Part shown: piece by piece, positions 55,204 through 64,000 of the stretch
Layout of the letters: every line of letters starts with the position of its first letter
Position numbering within the stretch: the first letter of the stretch is position 1
Assembly (NCBI GenBank): GCA_013298545.1
Contig: JAAFIA010000002.1
Coordinates: 50,830-114,829 of the forward strand
Direction of reading: 5' to 3'
Length of the DNA: 64,000 nt
Origin: Bacteroidota bacterium
GTDB lineage: Bacteria > Bacteroidota > Bacteroidia > Palsa-965
Notes under the pieces: generated by a model
The model's input: the letters and a program-made list of their open reading frames with translations, nothing else
The model's database searches: none
What the model was told of the DNA's origin: nothing
Position numbers and translations under genes: made by a program

Positions 55204-58167
55204 ATGAAACACGCATACCTCTTGTCGTTACGTACTAAAATCTGCATCGGCTTACTGGTGCTTATTTTGGGCGGATTTCAAACAGCCAAAGCCTGTCACG
55301 GTGTTAACATTGTTGGTTTGAACAGTGTTGTTACGCCTACAGACATCACCATTTCTGGATCGTCAGACGGCCAGACTTGTGGCTGCGGTCCATATTATAT
55401 GGAAGTAGAATTAACCTGTAACCCAGCAGGTTTTACAGGCGCTCCGCCATTTTGGAATAGCCCGCTTTGGAATCAGGTTGGCGGAACTTGGTGGCATTCG
55501 CTTTTGAACGTACCAAATTATACGCAAGCCAATGGATGGCCCGACAATTGCGTTTTAGAACCATACAATAACCTTGTCATTCCTTTTGCCAGTTTATGTC
55601 CCGGAACGCAATACTATTGGCGTGTTCGTGAAAATCCGGCTGTTGGAACGCCAGGCCCTTGGTCGGGTACGTTTACATTTACAACCCCCGGATTGCCACC
55701 AACCTCAATTCTCAGCACCACAAGTTCAGAGTATGATGTTTGTACAGGCGATACCGTTCAACTGAACGCATCAGTATCTGGCGGATGCCCAGGCGCAACA
55801 TTTACGTATTCTTGGTTACCTGTTATTGGTTTGAGCAATCCAAACATTCCAAACCCTACAGCAATCATCAACAACAACATTACTTATACCGTTACTGTTA
55901 CAGGCGGCTGTTTTACCTTAACGACAAGTGATGACACTGTTCGAGTTGAACTAGGACCTCCGCCAATTGCGGGTGTTGTTTCGGCCAACCCGATTCAACT
56001 ATGTTCTGGGCAAAGTTCATTGCTCACGCTTGCCGGAAATAACTCTACCGTCATTCAATGGCAGGTTTCAACAAATGGCATAAATTGGTTTAACGTACCG
56101 GGCGGAAATAACAATACGTTAAATACAGGTCCAATGTCTAACTCCTTGTATTTCCACGCTATTGTTTATGGAACAGGATGGCCCAATGGAAGCGGGTGTG
56201 GGCAATCCATCTCCAACGACATTTTTGTACAAGTTCAACCAGCGCCAGTCATTTCAATTGCGGCGGCCAACACAACGATTTGTACTGGCGGTTGCGATAC
56301 GCTTACCGCTTCGGGCGGTGTGAGTTATACTTGGTCAAGCAATGCTAACAACGCGGTTACCGCTCAAGTTAGTGTTTGCCCGATAAGCAACACCACTTAC
56401 TCGGTAACGGCAACAGACGCGCTCGGATGTACAGGAACAGCACAATTCACGGTCAACGTGTCTTCAGCAACGGTTACCGCAAGCCCCGATGTAAGTATTT
56501 GCAACAGTTCAAGCACCGTTCTTTTAGCAACGGCTCCGAATGGAACAACCTATTCTTGGGCCCCAGCCGGATCGCTCTCAAATGCAAACGTTGCGAATCC
56601 AACAGCATCGCCAACCGTAACAACAACTTATACAGTTACTGCAACAAACGCCTTTGGTTGCACAGCAACAGACGTTGTAACCGTAACGGTTACGCTTGCT
56701 CCACCAATTACTGCTAGTGCCGATACGTCTATGTGTGCAGGTGGAATAGCAACGCTTACTGTAAGTGGCGCATCTACATACACCTGGACACCAGGAAACC
56801 TTAGTGGGTCATCTGTATCTGTAAATCCACTCACAACGACAACGTATGTGGTAACCGGAAACACCAACAATTGCATCAGCTATGATACGGTTGTCGTAAA
56901 TGTTGATCCGATTCCGCAAGTATTTGCTGGCCCAGATTTCCCGATCTGTCAAGGAACACAAGGAACGCTTACGGCTACTGGCGGCGGCTCTTATGCTTGG
57001 TTGCCAACTTCTACAATCATTGGTAATGCCAATCAGGCAAGCGTTGTTATCAACCCAACAGTAACCACAACTTATACCGTAACCGTAACAAGTCCAAGTG
57101 GATGTATTTCGCAAGACCAAATCACCGTAACGGTTAATGGCTTGCCAACAGTTACAGCGACAGCAACTCAGAATCCAATTTGTTTGGGTGGCACAACAAC
57201 ACTTAGTGGCGCTGGAGCAATTGGTTACACTTGGATTCCAAACGTTGGTTTAGGTAATCCAAATCAAGCCAGTACAAGTGCGCAGCCAACCAATACCACA
57301 ACCTATCAGGTAGTCGGTGTTGATGCAAATGGGTGTACCGGAACGGCTTCGATTACAGTTACTGTAATTACACCACCAATCGCATTTTATACTTCGTCGC
57401 CAAATGAGTGTGGCGATACAACAGGTATTATCAATGTTTCAGGTGTTGTTGGTGCTGGCGGACCATACACTTATTTACTCAATGGTGGCCCATCTGTTCC
57501 AGATGCAAATGGAAATTTCCCCCCCGTTGTTGACGGAAACTTTACGATGACTGTTATTGACCAATATGGTTGTTCATTTAACCAAAACGTTACTGTTCCT
57601 GTGGCCGTTACAGCAACCGTTACAGCAACCGGAAACCCACTCTTTGGCGTTGCCCCATTGACATCTAATTTTAGTGCAACAGGATCTTCTGGAGTAAATA
57701 ACTACTTCTGGACTTTTGGCGATAGCCTCAACAGCGGAGCAACTGGTCAGAATACAAGTTTCATTTATACAGAACCAGGAATCTATCCTGTAACGGTTCA
57801 AGCATACAATGACTTTTTTGGTTGTTCGGTTTATTACACCTTCTATGTTGAAGTTGTTGAACAACCACAATTTGTTGTTCCAAACGTGTTTACACCAAAC
57901 GGCGATAACAAGAACGATGGTTATATGATTAACATCACAGGTGTTAAAGAATTGAGTATTGAAGTTCTTGATCGTTGGGGACGTAAAGTTGGGGCAAGTT
58001 CATTTAACAATGAGATGCCAGCGCAGCACGACCTGTTGGTTTGGGATGGCACAACAAATGGAAATACCGTTTCGGATGGCGTTTATTACTATGTAATCAA
58101 TGCAACGGGTTACGATTTGAAACCATACACCTTTAAAGGATTCATTCAAGTATCGAGCGGCAAATAA
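55204..58167 (+). CDS. large cell-surface protein with gliding-motility-type (T9SS type B) C-terminal domain
   Basis: ATG at 55204 with a signal sequence. Many Ig/PKD-like repeats containing C..G......L.A.G...Y.W.P. The C-terminus reads VPNVFTPNGDNKNDGY...GVYYYVINATG...FKGFIQV. Confidence 0.85.
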   Translation: MKHAYLLSLRTKICIGLLVLILGGFQTAKACHGVNIVGLNSVVTPTDITISGSSDGQTCGCGPYYMEVELTCNPAGFTGAPPFWNSPLWNQVGGTWWHSLLNVPNYTQANGWPDNCVLEPYNNLVIPFASLCPGTQYYWRVRENPAVGTPGPWSGTFTFTTPGLPPTSILSTTSSEYDVCTGDTVQLNASVSGGCPGATFTYSWLPVIGLSNPNIPNPTAIINNNITYTVTVTGGCFTLTTSDDTVRVELGPPPIAGVVSANPIQLCSGQSSLLTLAGNNSTVIQWQVSTNGINWFNVPGGNNNTLNTGPMSNSLYFHAIVYGTGWPNGSGCGQSISNDIFVQVQPAPVISIAAANTTICTGGCDTLTASGGVSYTWSSNANNAVTAQVSVCPISNTTYSVTATDALGCTGTAQFTVNVSSATVTASPDVSICNSSSTVLLATAPNGTTYSWAPAGSLSNANVANPTASPTVTTTYTVTATNAFGCTATDVVTVTVTLAPPITASADTSMCAGGIATLTVSGASTYTWTPGNLSGSSVSVNPLTTTTYVVTGNTNNCISYDTVVVNVDPIPQVFAGPDFPICQGTQGTLTATGGGSYAWLPTSTIIGNANQASVVINPTVTTTYTVTVTSPSGCISQDQITVTVNGLPTVTATATQNPICLGGTTTLSGAGAIGYTWIPNVGLGNPNQASTSAQPTNTTTYQVVGVDANGCTGTASITVTVITPPIAFYTSSPNECGDTTGIINVSGVVGAGGPYTYLLNGGPSVPDANGNFPPVVDGNFTMTVIDQYGCSFNQNVTVPVAVTATVTATGNPLFGVAPLTSNFSATGSSGVNNYFWTFGDSLNSGATGQNTSFIYTEPGIYPVTVQAYNDFFGCSVYYTFYVEVVEQPQFVVPNVFTPNGDNKNDGYMINITGVKELSIEVLDRWGRKVGASSFNNEMPAQHDLLVWDGTTNGNTVSDGVYYYVINATGYDLKPYTFKGFIQVSSGK

Positions 58168-58190
58168 GCAAGCGAAACAACCTAAACATA

Positions 58191-58225
58191 AACGGCCCGT
58201 TCTTTTGAACGGGCCGTTCTTTTTT
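58191..58225 (+). terminator. intrinsic terminator
   Basis: AACGGCCCGTTC-TTTT-GAACGGGCCGTT followed by CTTTTTT. Confidence 0.8.
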
Positions 58226-58247
58226 GAATGAAGAAAAGCAAAATAAA

Positions 58248-58267
58248 CTTTCAAAAAGTTTTGAAAG
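58248..58267. promoter_or_regulatory. palindromic operator candidate upstream of the GbsR-like regulator gene
   Basis: CTTTCAAAA-AG-TTTTGAAAG has perfect 9-nt arms and lies 28 nt upstream of the GTG start. Confidence 0.5.
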
Positions 58268-58294
58268 TTCAAAAAAGAGTTATATGTTTGTATC

Positions 58295-58801
58295 GTGAAA
58301 CTCGCAGAAGCCAAAGACAAATTCTTACAGACATGGGGCGCATTAGGCTCCAACTGGGGTGTGAGTCGCACCATGGCGCAAATTCACGCTTTACTTTTAA
58401 TTGCTCCAGATCCCATGAGTGCAGAGGATGTAATGGAGCAATTACAGATTTCGCGGGGCAATGCCAACCTCAATATCCGCGCGTTGATTGACTGGGGCTT
58501 GGTGCAGAAGGAATTGCGTAGTGGCGAACGCAAAGAGTTTTTTGTGGCGGAGAAAGACATCTGGAAAGTTTTTCGGATGGTGGTAAAAGAACGCCGTAAA
58601 CGCGAATTGGAGCCGATGTTGCGCATCCTTGCCGATTTGAAAGAAATCGACGGCAGCAAAACCGATCGCGAAACCAAAGAATTTATTGAGGTGATTGACA
58701 ATATTCACCGCCTTGCAGGAAAAGCAGATAAATCGCTCGCAACCTTGATTAAGGCTGACGAAAACTGGTTTCTTGGATCAGTCATGAAACTCATGCGTTA
58801 A
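58295..58801 (+). CDS. GbsR/MarR-like winged-helix transcriptional regulator
   Basis: FLQTWGALGSNWGVSRTMAQIHALLLIAPDPMSAEDVMEQLQISRGNANLNIRALIDWGLV matches the GbsR-type N-terminus as I recall it. Confidence 0.7.
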   Translation: MKLAEAKDKFLQTWGALGSNWGVSRTMAQIHALLLIAPDPMSAEDVMEQLQISRGNANLNIRALIDWGLVQKELRSGERKEFFVAEKDIWKVFRMVVKERRKRELEPMLRILADLKEIDGSKTDRETKEFIEVIDNIHRLAGKADKSLATLIKADENWFLGSVMKLMR

Positions 58802-58817
58802 AAAAATTTGAATACAT

Positions 58818-58844
58818 GTTTCAAAAAATACTGAAAGTTCAAAA
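58818..58844. promoter_or_regulatory. second, less symmetric copy of the operator-like motif
   Basis: GTTTCAAAAAATACTGAAAGTTCAAAA here compares with CTTTCAAAAAGTTTTGAAAGTTCAAAA at 58248-58274. Confidence 0.4.
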
Positions 58845-58863
58845 CATCTAAAAAACAAAAGCT

Positions 58864-59262
58864 ATGCGCATCATCAATTTTGCAACCCAGCTCGTGCTTG
58901 TTATTTGTTTACAAGCCCAATTGATTGGCCGTATTACTGGCGAAAAATCCTATGGCCAATACTTCGCATTAACCGTTATCGTGTTTCTCTGGCAACTGAT
59001 CGCCAACTTGATCGCTATGTCTTCGCAGGGATTGAAAGAGCGGCCTGTTTTTTCTACGGAGAATTACCTGCAAGTGGTTGTTGGTTTTCTCTTAATCTGG
59101 CTGGCTTTATTTCTTGCTAGCACAACAAGCGTGTTGAACATGCGGCAGGTTTCGTATTGGGTGTATGCGGGTCTTGTTCCTGCTTTGTTTTCCTTGGTGA
59201 AAGCGGGATATGATCTCAAACAACCTGTGGTTTTCTACCAACAGCCCCAACAAATGTATTAG
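58864..59262 (+). CDS. hypothetical integral membrane protein
   Basis: 132 aa with four hydrophobic helices. Confidence 0.5.
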   Translation: MRIINFATQLVLVICLQAQLIGRITGEKSYGQYFALTVIVFLWQLIANLIAMSSQGLKERPVFSTENYLQVVVGFLLIWLALFLASTTSVLNMRQVSYWVYAGLVPALFSLVKAGYDLKQPVVFYQQPQQMY

Positions 59263-59301
59263 TCGTTACAAAGGAACGTGTTAAGGAAAAAATCAAAAAA
59301 C

Positions 59302-59745
59302 ATGGAAAGGTATATTGAACGAATGATTTGTTTTCGCGCGCCGCGAAAAACAGCAACAACAGCTCTGGATGCGTTGGGCGTGATGGTTCATACGATCGCG
59401 GAGGAAGGCGAAGAAACAACACATCGGGTAGCCTTATTTCTCTTGGATGGAAATCGGTATCGGCCTTGTTTTGAGGAGGAATTAAAAACTGCGGATGTGC
59501 GTGTTGTGCAAGGGATGATGGAATTGCGTTCGGGGGCATATTTTCTGAATTATTCACTTGGGCATGCAACAAACAATGATTTGGAAGCAGAACAGAAGTT
59601 AACCTCTTTTGCGTCCGGAAATTTGCGTGCAGCAGAAGTGTATTTGTTTGAAACGAATTTTTTTGAATACGCACAGTCGGTTTCGGGTTTTATCGGTACG
59701 GACAAAGCGAATCAAAAACAAAGCGTATGCGCATCCTCATTTTAG
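59302..59745 (+). CDS. hypothetical protein
   Basis: ORF with ATG at 59302. I recognised no motif. Confidence 0.4.
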   Translation: MERYIERMICFRAPRKTATTALDALGVMVHTIAEEGEETTHRVALFLLDGNRYRPCFEEELKTADVRVVQGMMELRSGAYFLNYSLGHATNNDLEAEQKLTSFASGNLRAAEVYLFETNFFEYAQSVSGFIGTDKANQKQSVCASSF

Positions 59746-60605
59746 GCGCTTCGTGCGCACATGGCCGCGCGCTGTTTCGTGCGTTTGCCGAAAACGATGC
59801 AACAGTTGAACTGTGTGCAACGGTTGACTTCCGTGCTTTTCATTTTGAAGGAGTTACCGGATTAAAACATCAACGGTCGCTTGTTTTTGATCCGTTTGAG
59901 GACGATTGGAGCAAATTGGGAAAGGTGGACGTATTGATAAATTGCATCAGCATAGCAACAGAAAAGAAATATGCACCGCATGTCATTGTTCAAAAAATTA
60001 ATGCAAATCGGGCGTTGTTGAATAACCCGCGAATCATTCAGGTATCTGCATCGGGCGTGGCGATTGCGACAGCAGAAAACGAACTGAATCAACAGGCGTT
60101 TGCCGATCAGCTGCTTCTGCGCGAAAGCAATACGTGGGTGATTCGTCCGGGTTTGGTTTGTTCTCGCTCGTCAGAACTGGTAAATCGTGTACAGCGGCTA
60201 AAAGAGCAAATAGGAATGGTGTTTTTCCCGAAAACGATGTTGGATGCGCAATGTGCTTTGTTGACAGAAAACGATTTTACGGATGCGGTTTTGCATTTGA
60301 TCGAGCACGATTTTCCGGAGCGTTTGGTGGATTTATACAGTAGCGAGCGAATTACACTTCGCGATGTGATGCGCCAAGCTAAGGTGCGTGTTTGGTTTTT
60401 TCCGGCATGGCTTGCGTCGGGATTATCGGTTCTTTTTCAACGTTTTTTTCCTCCGCTTTCTTTTGTACAAGCGCATTTGGCAAAGGAAGGAACGAAGGCT
60501 GGAGAGCTTTTGTTGGGAAGGGAATTTGGTTCGGCCAAGCACACGCTTGTGAGCTTACTTCAGCCGTCAAAAAAACCGAAAGGGTTTTCAGAAAATTTTA
60601 ATTAG
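59727..60605 (+). CDS. NAD(P)-binding (atypical SDR / epimerase-like) protein
   Basis: The N-terminal MRILILGASCAHGRALF is a Rossmann-type G/AxxGxxG-like motif. 292 aa, overlapping the upstream ORF by 19 nt. Confidence 0.5.
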   Translation: MRILILGASCAHGRALFRAFAENDATVELCATVDFRAFHFEGVTGLKHQRSLVFDPFEDDWSKLGKVDVLINCISIATEKKYAPHVIVQKINANRALLNNPRIIQVSASGVAIATAENELNQQAFADQLLLRESNTWVIRPGLVCSRSSELVNRVQRLKEQIGMVFFPKTMLDAQCALLTENDFTDAVLHLIEHDFPERLVDLYSSERITLRDVMRQAKVRVWFFPAWLASGLSVLFQRFFPPLSFVQAHLAKEGTKAGELLLGREFGSAKHTLVSLLQPSKKPKGFSENFN

Positions 60606-60611
60606 AACAAA

Positions 60612-61331
60612 TTAGCGACGTATCATACGGCTCACATGCCGCGATTTGTCTTCAAAAACATATTCGATGAAGTAAACGCCGGCGGGCCATTCGGTTGCAT
60701 CGACTTTTAAGCCGGGATCATTGGCCATGAAAACACAGCGACCGGAAATGTCGTGTACTTGAACGAGTGTGGGTTGTGGCGCAGAGGGTTGAAGATCGAG
60801 GTAAAACCAACTTTCGCCAGGGTTTGGGTACATTTTAAAGCGATCTAAATTGGAATAACTTGGATCTTCTGGGAAACCGAGTGGTGGAATAAAAACAACG
60901 GTCGTAATGGTATCGCGCGACCCAAAGCCAGAGCCAACGGGTTGTGGCCAAACGATAATCACATTGTTTCCGATGCGGAAATTTCCTTGTGGGCCAACAT
61001 CAAAACGTACCGGAAAAATAGAGAAGAGACTATCTTGTGCGGCAATGAATATATTTGGTGTGATTGTAAATGAAAACGCATTTGGACCCGCACCGGTATC
61101 AATTGTTCCGGTAATTTCGATGGAATCGTTGAAGGCGATGTTGGCGTAATTTTTTAAATAAACGGCAACGAGTGTGGTATCGCCAATAGGAATGGTATCA
61201 GGCATACCAATCAAACCGGGAGCACCAAAGCCGATGGCCATTTGTGCGCGGGCGGGATTGGCTTGTGTAAGCACCAGCAAACAAACTGCACAAAGCAGGC
61301 GAAGCAGGGAAGAAGGGCGAAATGTACGCAT
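60612..61331 (-). CDS. small secreted protein with T9SS C-terminal sorting domain
   Basis: It has a signal peptide (...LVLTQANPARAQ). The C-terminus reads KMYPNPGESWFYLDL...GVYFIEYVFEDKSRHVSRMIRR. Confidence 0.7.
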   Translation of the reverse strand: MRTFRPSSLLRLLCAVCLLVLTQANPARAQMAIGFGAPGLIGMPDTIPIGDTTLVAVYLKNYANIAFNDSIEITGTIDTGAGPNAFSFTITPNIFIAAQDSLFSIFPVRFDVGPQGNFRIGNNVIIVWPQPVGSGFGSRDTITTVVFIPPLGFPEDPSYSNLDRFKMYPNPGESWFYLDLQPSAPQPTLVQVHDISGRCVFMANDPGLKVDATEWPAGVYFIEYVFEDKSRHVSRMIRR

Positions 61332-61416
61332 GGCGTTACGGATTAATTCTTAACAAAAATAAACGGTATTTCCAGAGAAAATAGATAAATTTGAAAAAAT
61401 CTTACGCGTTCACGAC

Positions 61417-62877
61417 ATGAATACATTACAGCAAATAATCGGCAGTATGAATAAAGAGGAGGTGCGACACCTCAAATTGTTCATGGGAAGAACGAATGCA
61501 GGAGAAGACCGAAAAGATACGGAATTGTTTGATTACATCCGCCTGCATCACACGGATTATGACGAAGGGCGCATTCAACAAAAGTTGTATGGCGACAAAG
61601 ACAAGAATGCCTTGTATCGTTTAAAAAACAGGCTTCTTGAAGATATTGGCAAAAGCCTGACCTTACAGTATGTCGAGGAGCAAGACTTCAATCAAGTAGC
61701 GATGTTGTTGATTTTAGCGCGCCACTTTTTTTCGCGTTCGCAATCGCAAATCGCATTGTACTATTTGCAACGTGCAGAGAAAAAAGCACAAGCGGCCGAA
61801 AGCCCAGAGCTGTTGGATTTGGTGTACGGCGAGTTTATTCGGGTTTCGCAAGAAACGTTGAATGTGAATCCGGTTGAATACATCAAAAAGCGAAAAGCGA
61901 ATCGCGAACAATTGCAAAGCATTCAGGAAATAGACGATGTGCTTGCCGAGGTGGTGTATAAAGTAAGAACAACACAAAACTTTACGGGGCAGGATTATAA
62001 AGGGATTGAGAACCTGCAAAAAAAAGTAGCTTCTTTTTCCAAACAAAAAACGTCGCGACAAAGTACGCTTTTGCGGTTTAAAATTTATCAGTCGATTAGT
62101 CGCATTTTATTGCAGAAACAAGATTTTGTATCGCTCGAAAAATACTTGATTCAAACCTTTGAAGAGTTTAGCAAAGCGAATCTTTTTGGAAGGAATAATC
62201 ACGAAACAAAATTGCAGATGCTGACGTATCTGACCAATTCGTTAGCCAAAAATGGGAAGCACGACGAGTCGCTAAAAACCGCGCACAGCCTACGCGCAGC
62301 CATGAATGAATATGGCGGCCATCTACACGATAAGTATTTGTTTTTCTACTACAATGCGCTCGTTGTAAATTATTCGCAGAAAGATATTCGCAAAGGAATT
62401 GAGATTCTCGAAGAGGCTAAAGAAAATGCGGTGATTCAGAAACTCCCATTTTTCATTGTGTTTATTTATGCCAATCTTTCGGTGTTGAATTTTGACGATG
62501 GAAATTACAAACTCGCGATCAAAAACTTGGTGAAATTAACGATGGAAGCGGGTTTTGAGAATCTTGATCGTTCGCTGCGATTTAAAATCGCAGTGGCCGA
62601 GTTAATCATCCGCTATGAAATTGGCGACTTCGATTTTCTGGAACGCCGCATTGAGCAGGTGAAAAAAGAATTTTCAGATTTATTCCGAAGCCGTGATTTT
62701 AAACGGCAGCAAGAACTGATCGGCATTTTATCCACGATGATCAACACGCCCTCCGTTCGCCGCGACAAGCCGTTGTTGAAGCGTATTCAGAAAATGCTGG
62801 AGGCAACAGGAAGTAAGAGTGCGGCAGAAAACGACATCATCAATTACAACAATTGGCTGAGTACAAAAATTGCTTAA
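61417..62877 (+). CDS. hypothetical all-helical (TPR-like) protein, paralog of 31249-32706
   Basis: 486 aa, with the same divergent arrangement next to a T9SS cargo gene. Alignable blocks are given under 31249-32706. Confidence 0.6.
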   Translation: MNTLQQIIGSMNKEEVRHLKLFMGRTNAGEDRKDTELFDYIRLHHTDYDEGRIQQKLYGDKDKNALYRLKNRLLEDIGKSLTLQYVEEQDFNQVAMLLILARHFFSRSQSQIALYYLQRAEKKAQAAESPELLDLVYGEFIRVSQETLNVNPVEYIKKRKANREQLQSIQEIDDVLAEVVYKVRTTQNFTGQDYKGIENLQKKVASFSKQKTSRQSTLLRFKIYQSISRILLQKQDFVSLEKYLIQTFEEFSKANLFGRNNHETKLQMLTYLTNSLAKNGKHDESLKTAHSLRAAMNEYGGHLHDKYLFFYYNALVVNYSQKDIRKGIEILEEAKENAVIQKLPFFIVFIYANLSVLNFDDGNYKLAIKNLVKLTMEAGFENLDRSLRFKIAVAELIIRYEIGDFDFLERRIEQVKKEFSDLFRSRDFKRQQELIGILSTMINTPSVRRDKPLLKRIQKMLEATGSKSAAENDIINYNNWLSTKIA

Positions 62878-64000
62878 CGTTTGTTTCGTTTGCGTTCTTC
62901 TTTTTGTTGTAAGGCTTGTTGTTGTTGTAAAAGGGAATAATAATACGAAGCCTTTTGTTCGTTTCCGGCGCGTTTGAAATAATTGACGAGGTTGTTGAGG
63001 CGTTGTAGGTTTGTGGGATTTCTTTTTGCGGCCTCTTCGAGCGAAATTGCCGCCGCTGCAGTATCTCCTGCAACAAGTTGAAAGGTGGATAAACACATCA
63101 GTGGCTTATCTGTTCCCGGAAACTTTCGGTCTAAGACATTGGCTAGTTTATATCCTTCGGCAACACGGTTTTCGACAGCTAAAATTTTTGTGAGTTGATC
63201 GTATGCTTGCGCGTACAGGGAGTCGGAACGAATGGCTTGCCGGAAACACCATTCTGCCGAATCGGAGTTTTTCAGATTATCGTAAGTCATGCCGAGATTG
63301 AAATAGCCTTCTGTATAATCCTTATTTAGCGTAATTGATTTTTTGAAAAGTGGTTTCGCAGCATTAAAATCATTGAGGAAGAAATAGGTTGTTCCCCAGT
63401 TACTCCATGCCGTTGGGTAATCTGGAAAAATTTTAACAGCCTTATCAAAACAGTCGCGCGCTTCGATAAGAAACTCTTGCGATTCGCGTGCGCGTTGTTG
63501 CGCTTCTGTTTTTTTGCCTTGTTGCATGTATTGATTGGATTCCAACCGCGCTTGAACTCCACGTGAAGAGAGCAGCGAACCATACAACATGTTTGCTTTT
63601 GCCGATTCGGTCAAGTAAGGCATATCGTTGCCGTACAAAACCATTTTGTCTTCCCAATCTTCATTCCGCACAACGGAACGCAACGAGAAAAGAAAAACAA
63701 CTGCAAGCAAGGCCCATTTTACTTTTTGGTGTGCATCGGCTTTCCAAGAAAAATCTTCAGGGGCCGATTTGAAATAGCGAAAAAGCAATGCGACCATAGC
63801 AATGCAAAAACCAAGCGAAGCGGCATACGTAAATCGTTCAGCCATCAACCCGGGTGCAGGTTGCAACACATTGGAATAAACAGCGATATTGACCAAGTAA
63901 TAGGCAATTCCAAAACCAAGAATTGTTTTTTTACGCAATTCGCGAATCATTACCCAAACCAAAAACAGGTGAACAGCCAACGAAATCAAGGCAATTGGAT
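62874..64000 (-). CDS. membrane protein with C-terminal TPR repeats (glycosyltransferase-39/TMTC-like C-terminal part), partial
   Basis: TM helices (FGIAYYLVNIAVYSNV, LGFCIAMVALLF) are followed by several TPR units (AWSNWGTTYFFLNDFNAAKPLFKKSITLNKDY...). The frame stays open to the window edge. Confidence 0.65.
   Translation of the reverse strand, partial: PIALISLAVHLFLVWVMIRELRKKTILGFGIAYYLVNIAVYSNVLQPAPGLMAERFTYAASLGFCIAMVALLFRYFKSAPEDFSWKADAHQKVKWALLAVVFLFSLRSVVRNEDWEDKMVLYGNDMPYLTESAKANMLYGSLLSSRGVQARLESNQYMQQGKKTEAQQRARESQEFLIEARDCFDKAVKIFPDYPTAWSNWGTTYFFLNDFNAAKPLFKKSITLNKDYTEGYFNLGMTYDNLKNSDSAEWCFRQAIRSDSLYAQAYDQLTKILAVENRVAEGYKLANVLDRKFPGTDKPLMCLSTFQLVAGDTAAAAISLEEAAKRNPTNLQRLNNLVNYFKRAGNEQKASYYYSLLQQQQALQQKEERKRNKR

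Overview
This 64-kb chromosomal window reads as a Bacteroidota genome. The evidence is several proteins with T9SS-type C-terminal sorting domains, one gliding-motility-type (type B) C-terminal domain protein, an ECF sigma/anti-sigma pair, a LytTR response regulator with a HisKA_2-type PAS kinase, and the ybeY-mnmG neighbourhood. I support about 55 protein-coding genes, 2 tRNAs (Arg-CCG, Cys-GCA), about 10 intrinsic terminators and several repeat or operator-like sites. Well-supported housekeeping genes are recO, mnmG(gidA), ybeY, gltX, folB, rpiA, nadA, rnr, ferritin, a LutB-like Fe-S protein, an M28 peptidase and a PLP trans-sulfuration enzyme. I saw no rRNA, CRISPR array, transposase or integrase. 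The accessory content sits in three short AT-rich islets; single 60-nt lines hand-count to about 25-32% GC there, against about 55% in gltX. (1) 2748-5069 holds a polymorphic-toxin-like gene with a C-terminal PD-(D/E)xK nuclease module and a candidate immunity gene. (2) 24193-25616 holds a small lipoprotein, an ImmA/IrrE-like HExxH peptidase and a 108-aa nuclease-fold-like protein; this is my best candidate for an undescribed two-gene module. (3) 33210-34699, next to tRNA-Cys, holds a zeta-toxin-like P-loop protein with an overlapping small upstream gene and a 178-nt nested inverted-repeat element. Other non-coding signals are listed here. A palindrome family (TGTTYCA-N2-TGRAACA, six copies) flanks mnmG, partly inside a 626-bp ORF-free AT-rich spacer that could be an origin or a large control region. 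A 16-nt duplication of the tRNA-Arg 3' end looks like an att scar. A heptamer tandem-repeat tract lies at 36.2-36.4 kb. A palindromic operator is repeated in front of a GbsR-like regulon. An HxlR/NmrA-like divergent pair is decayed. All family names come from motif recognition by eye; no database search was possible.
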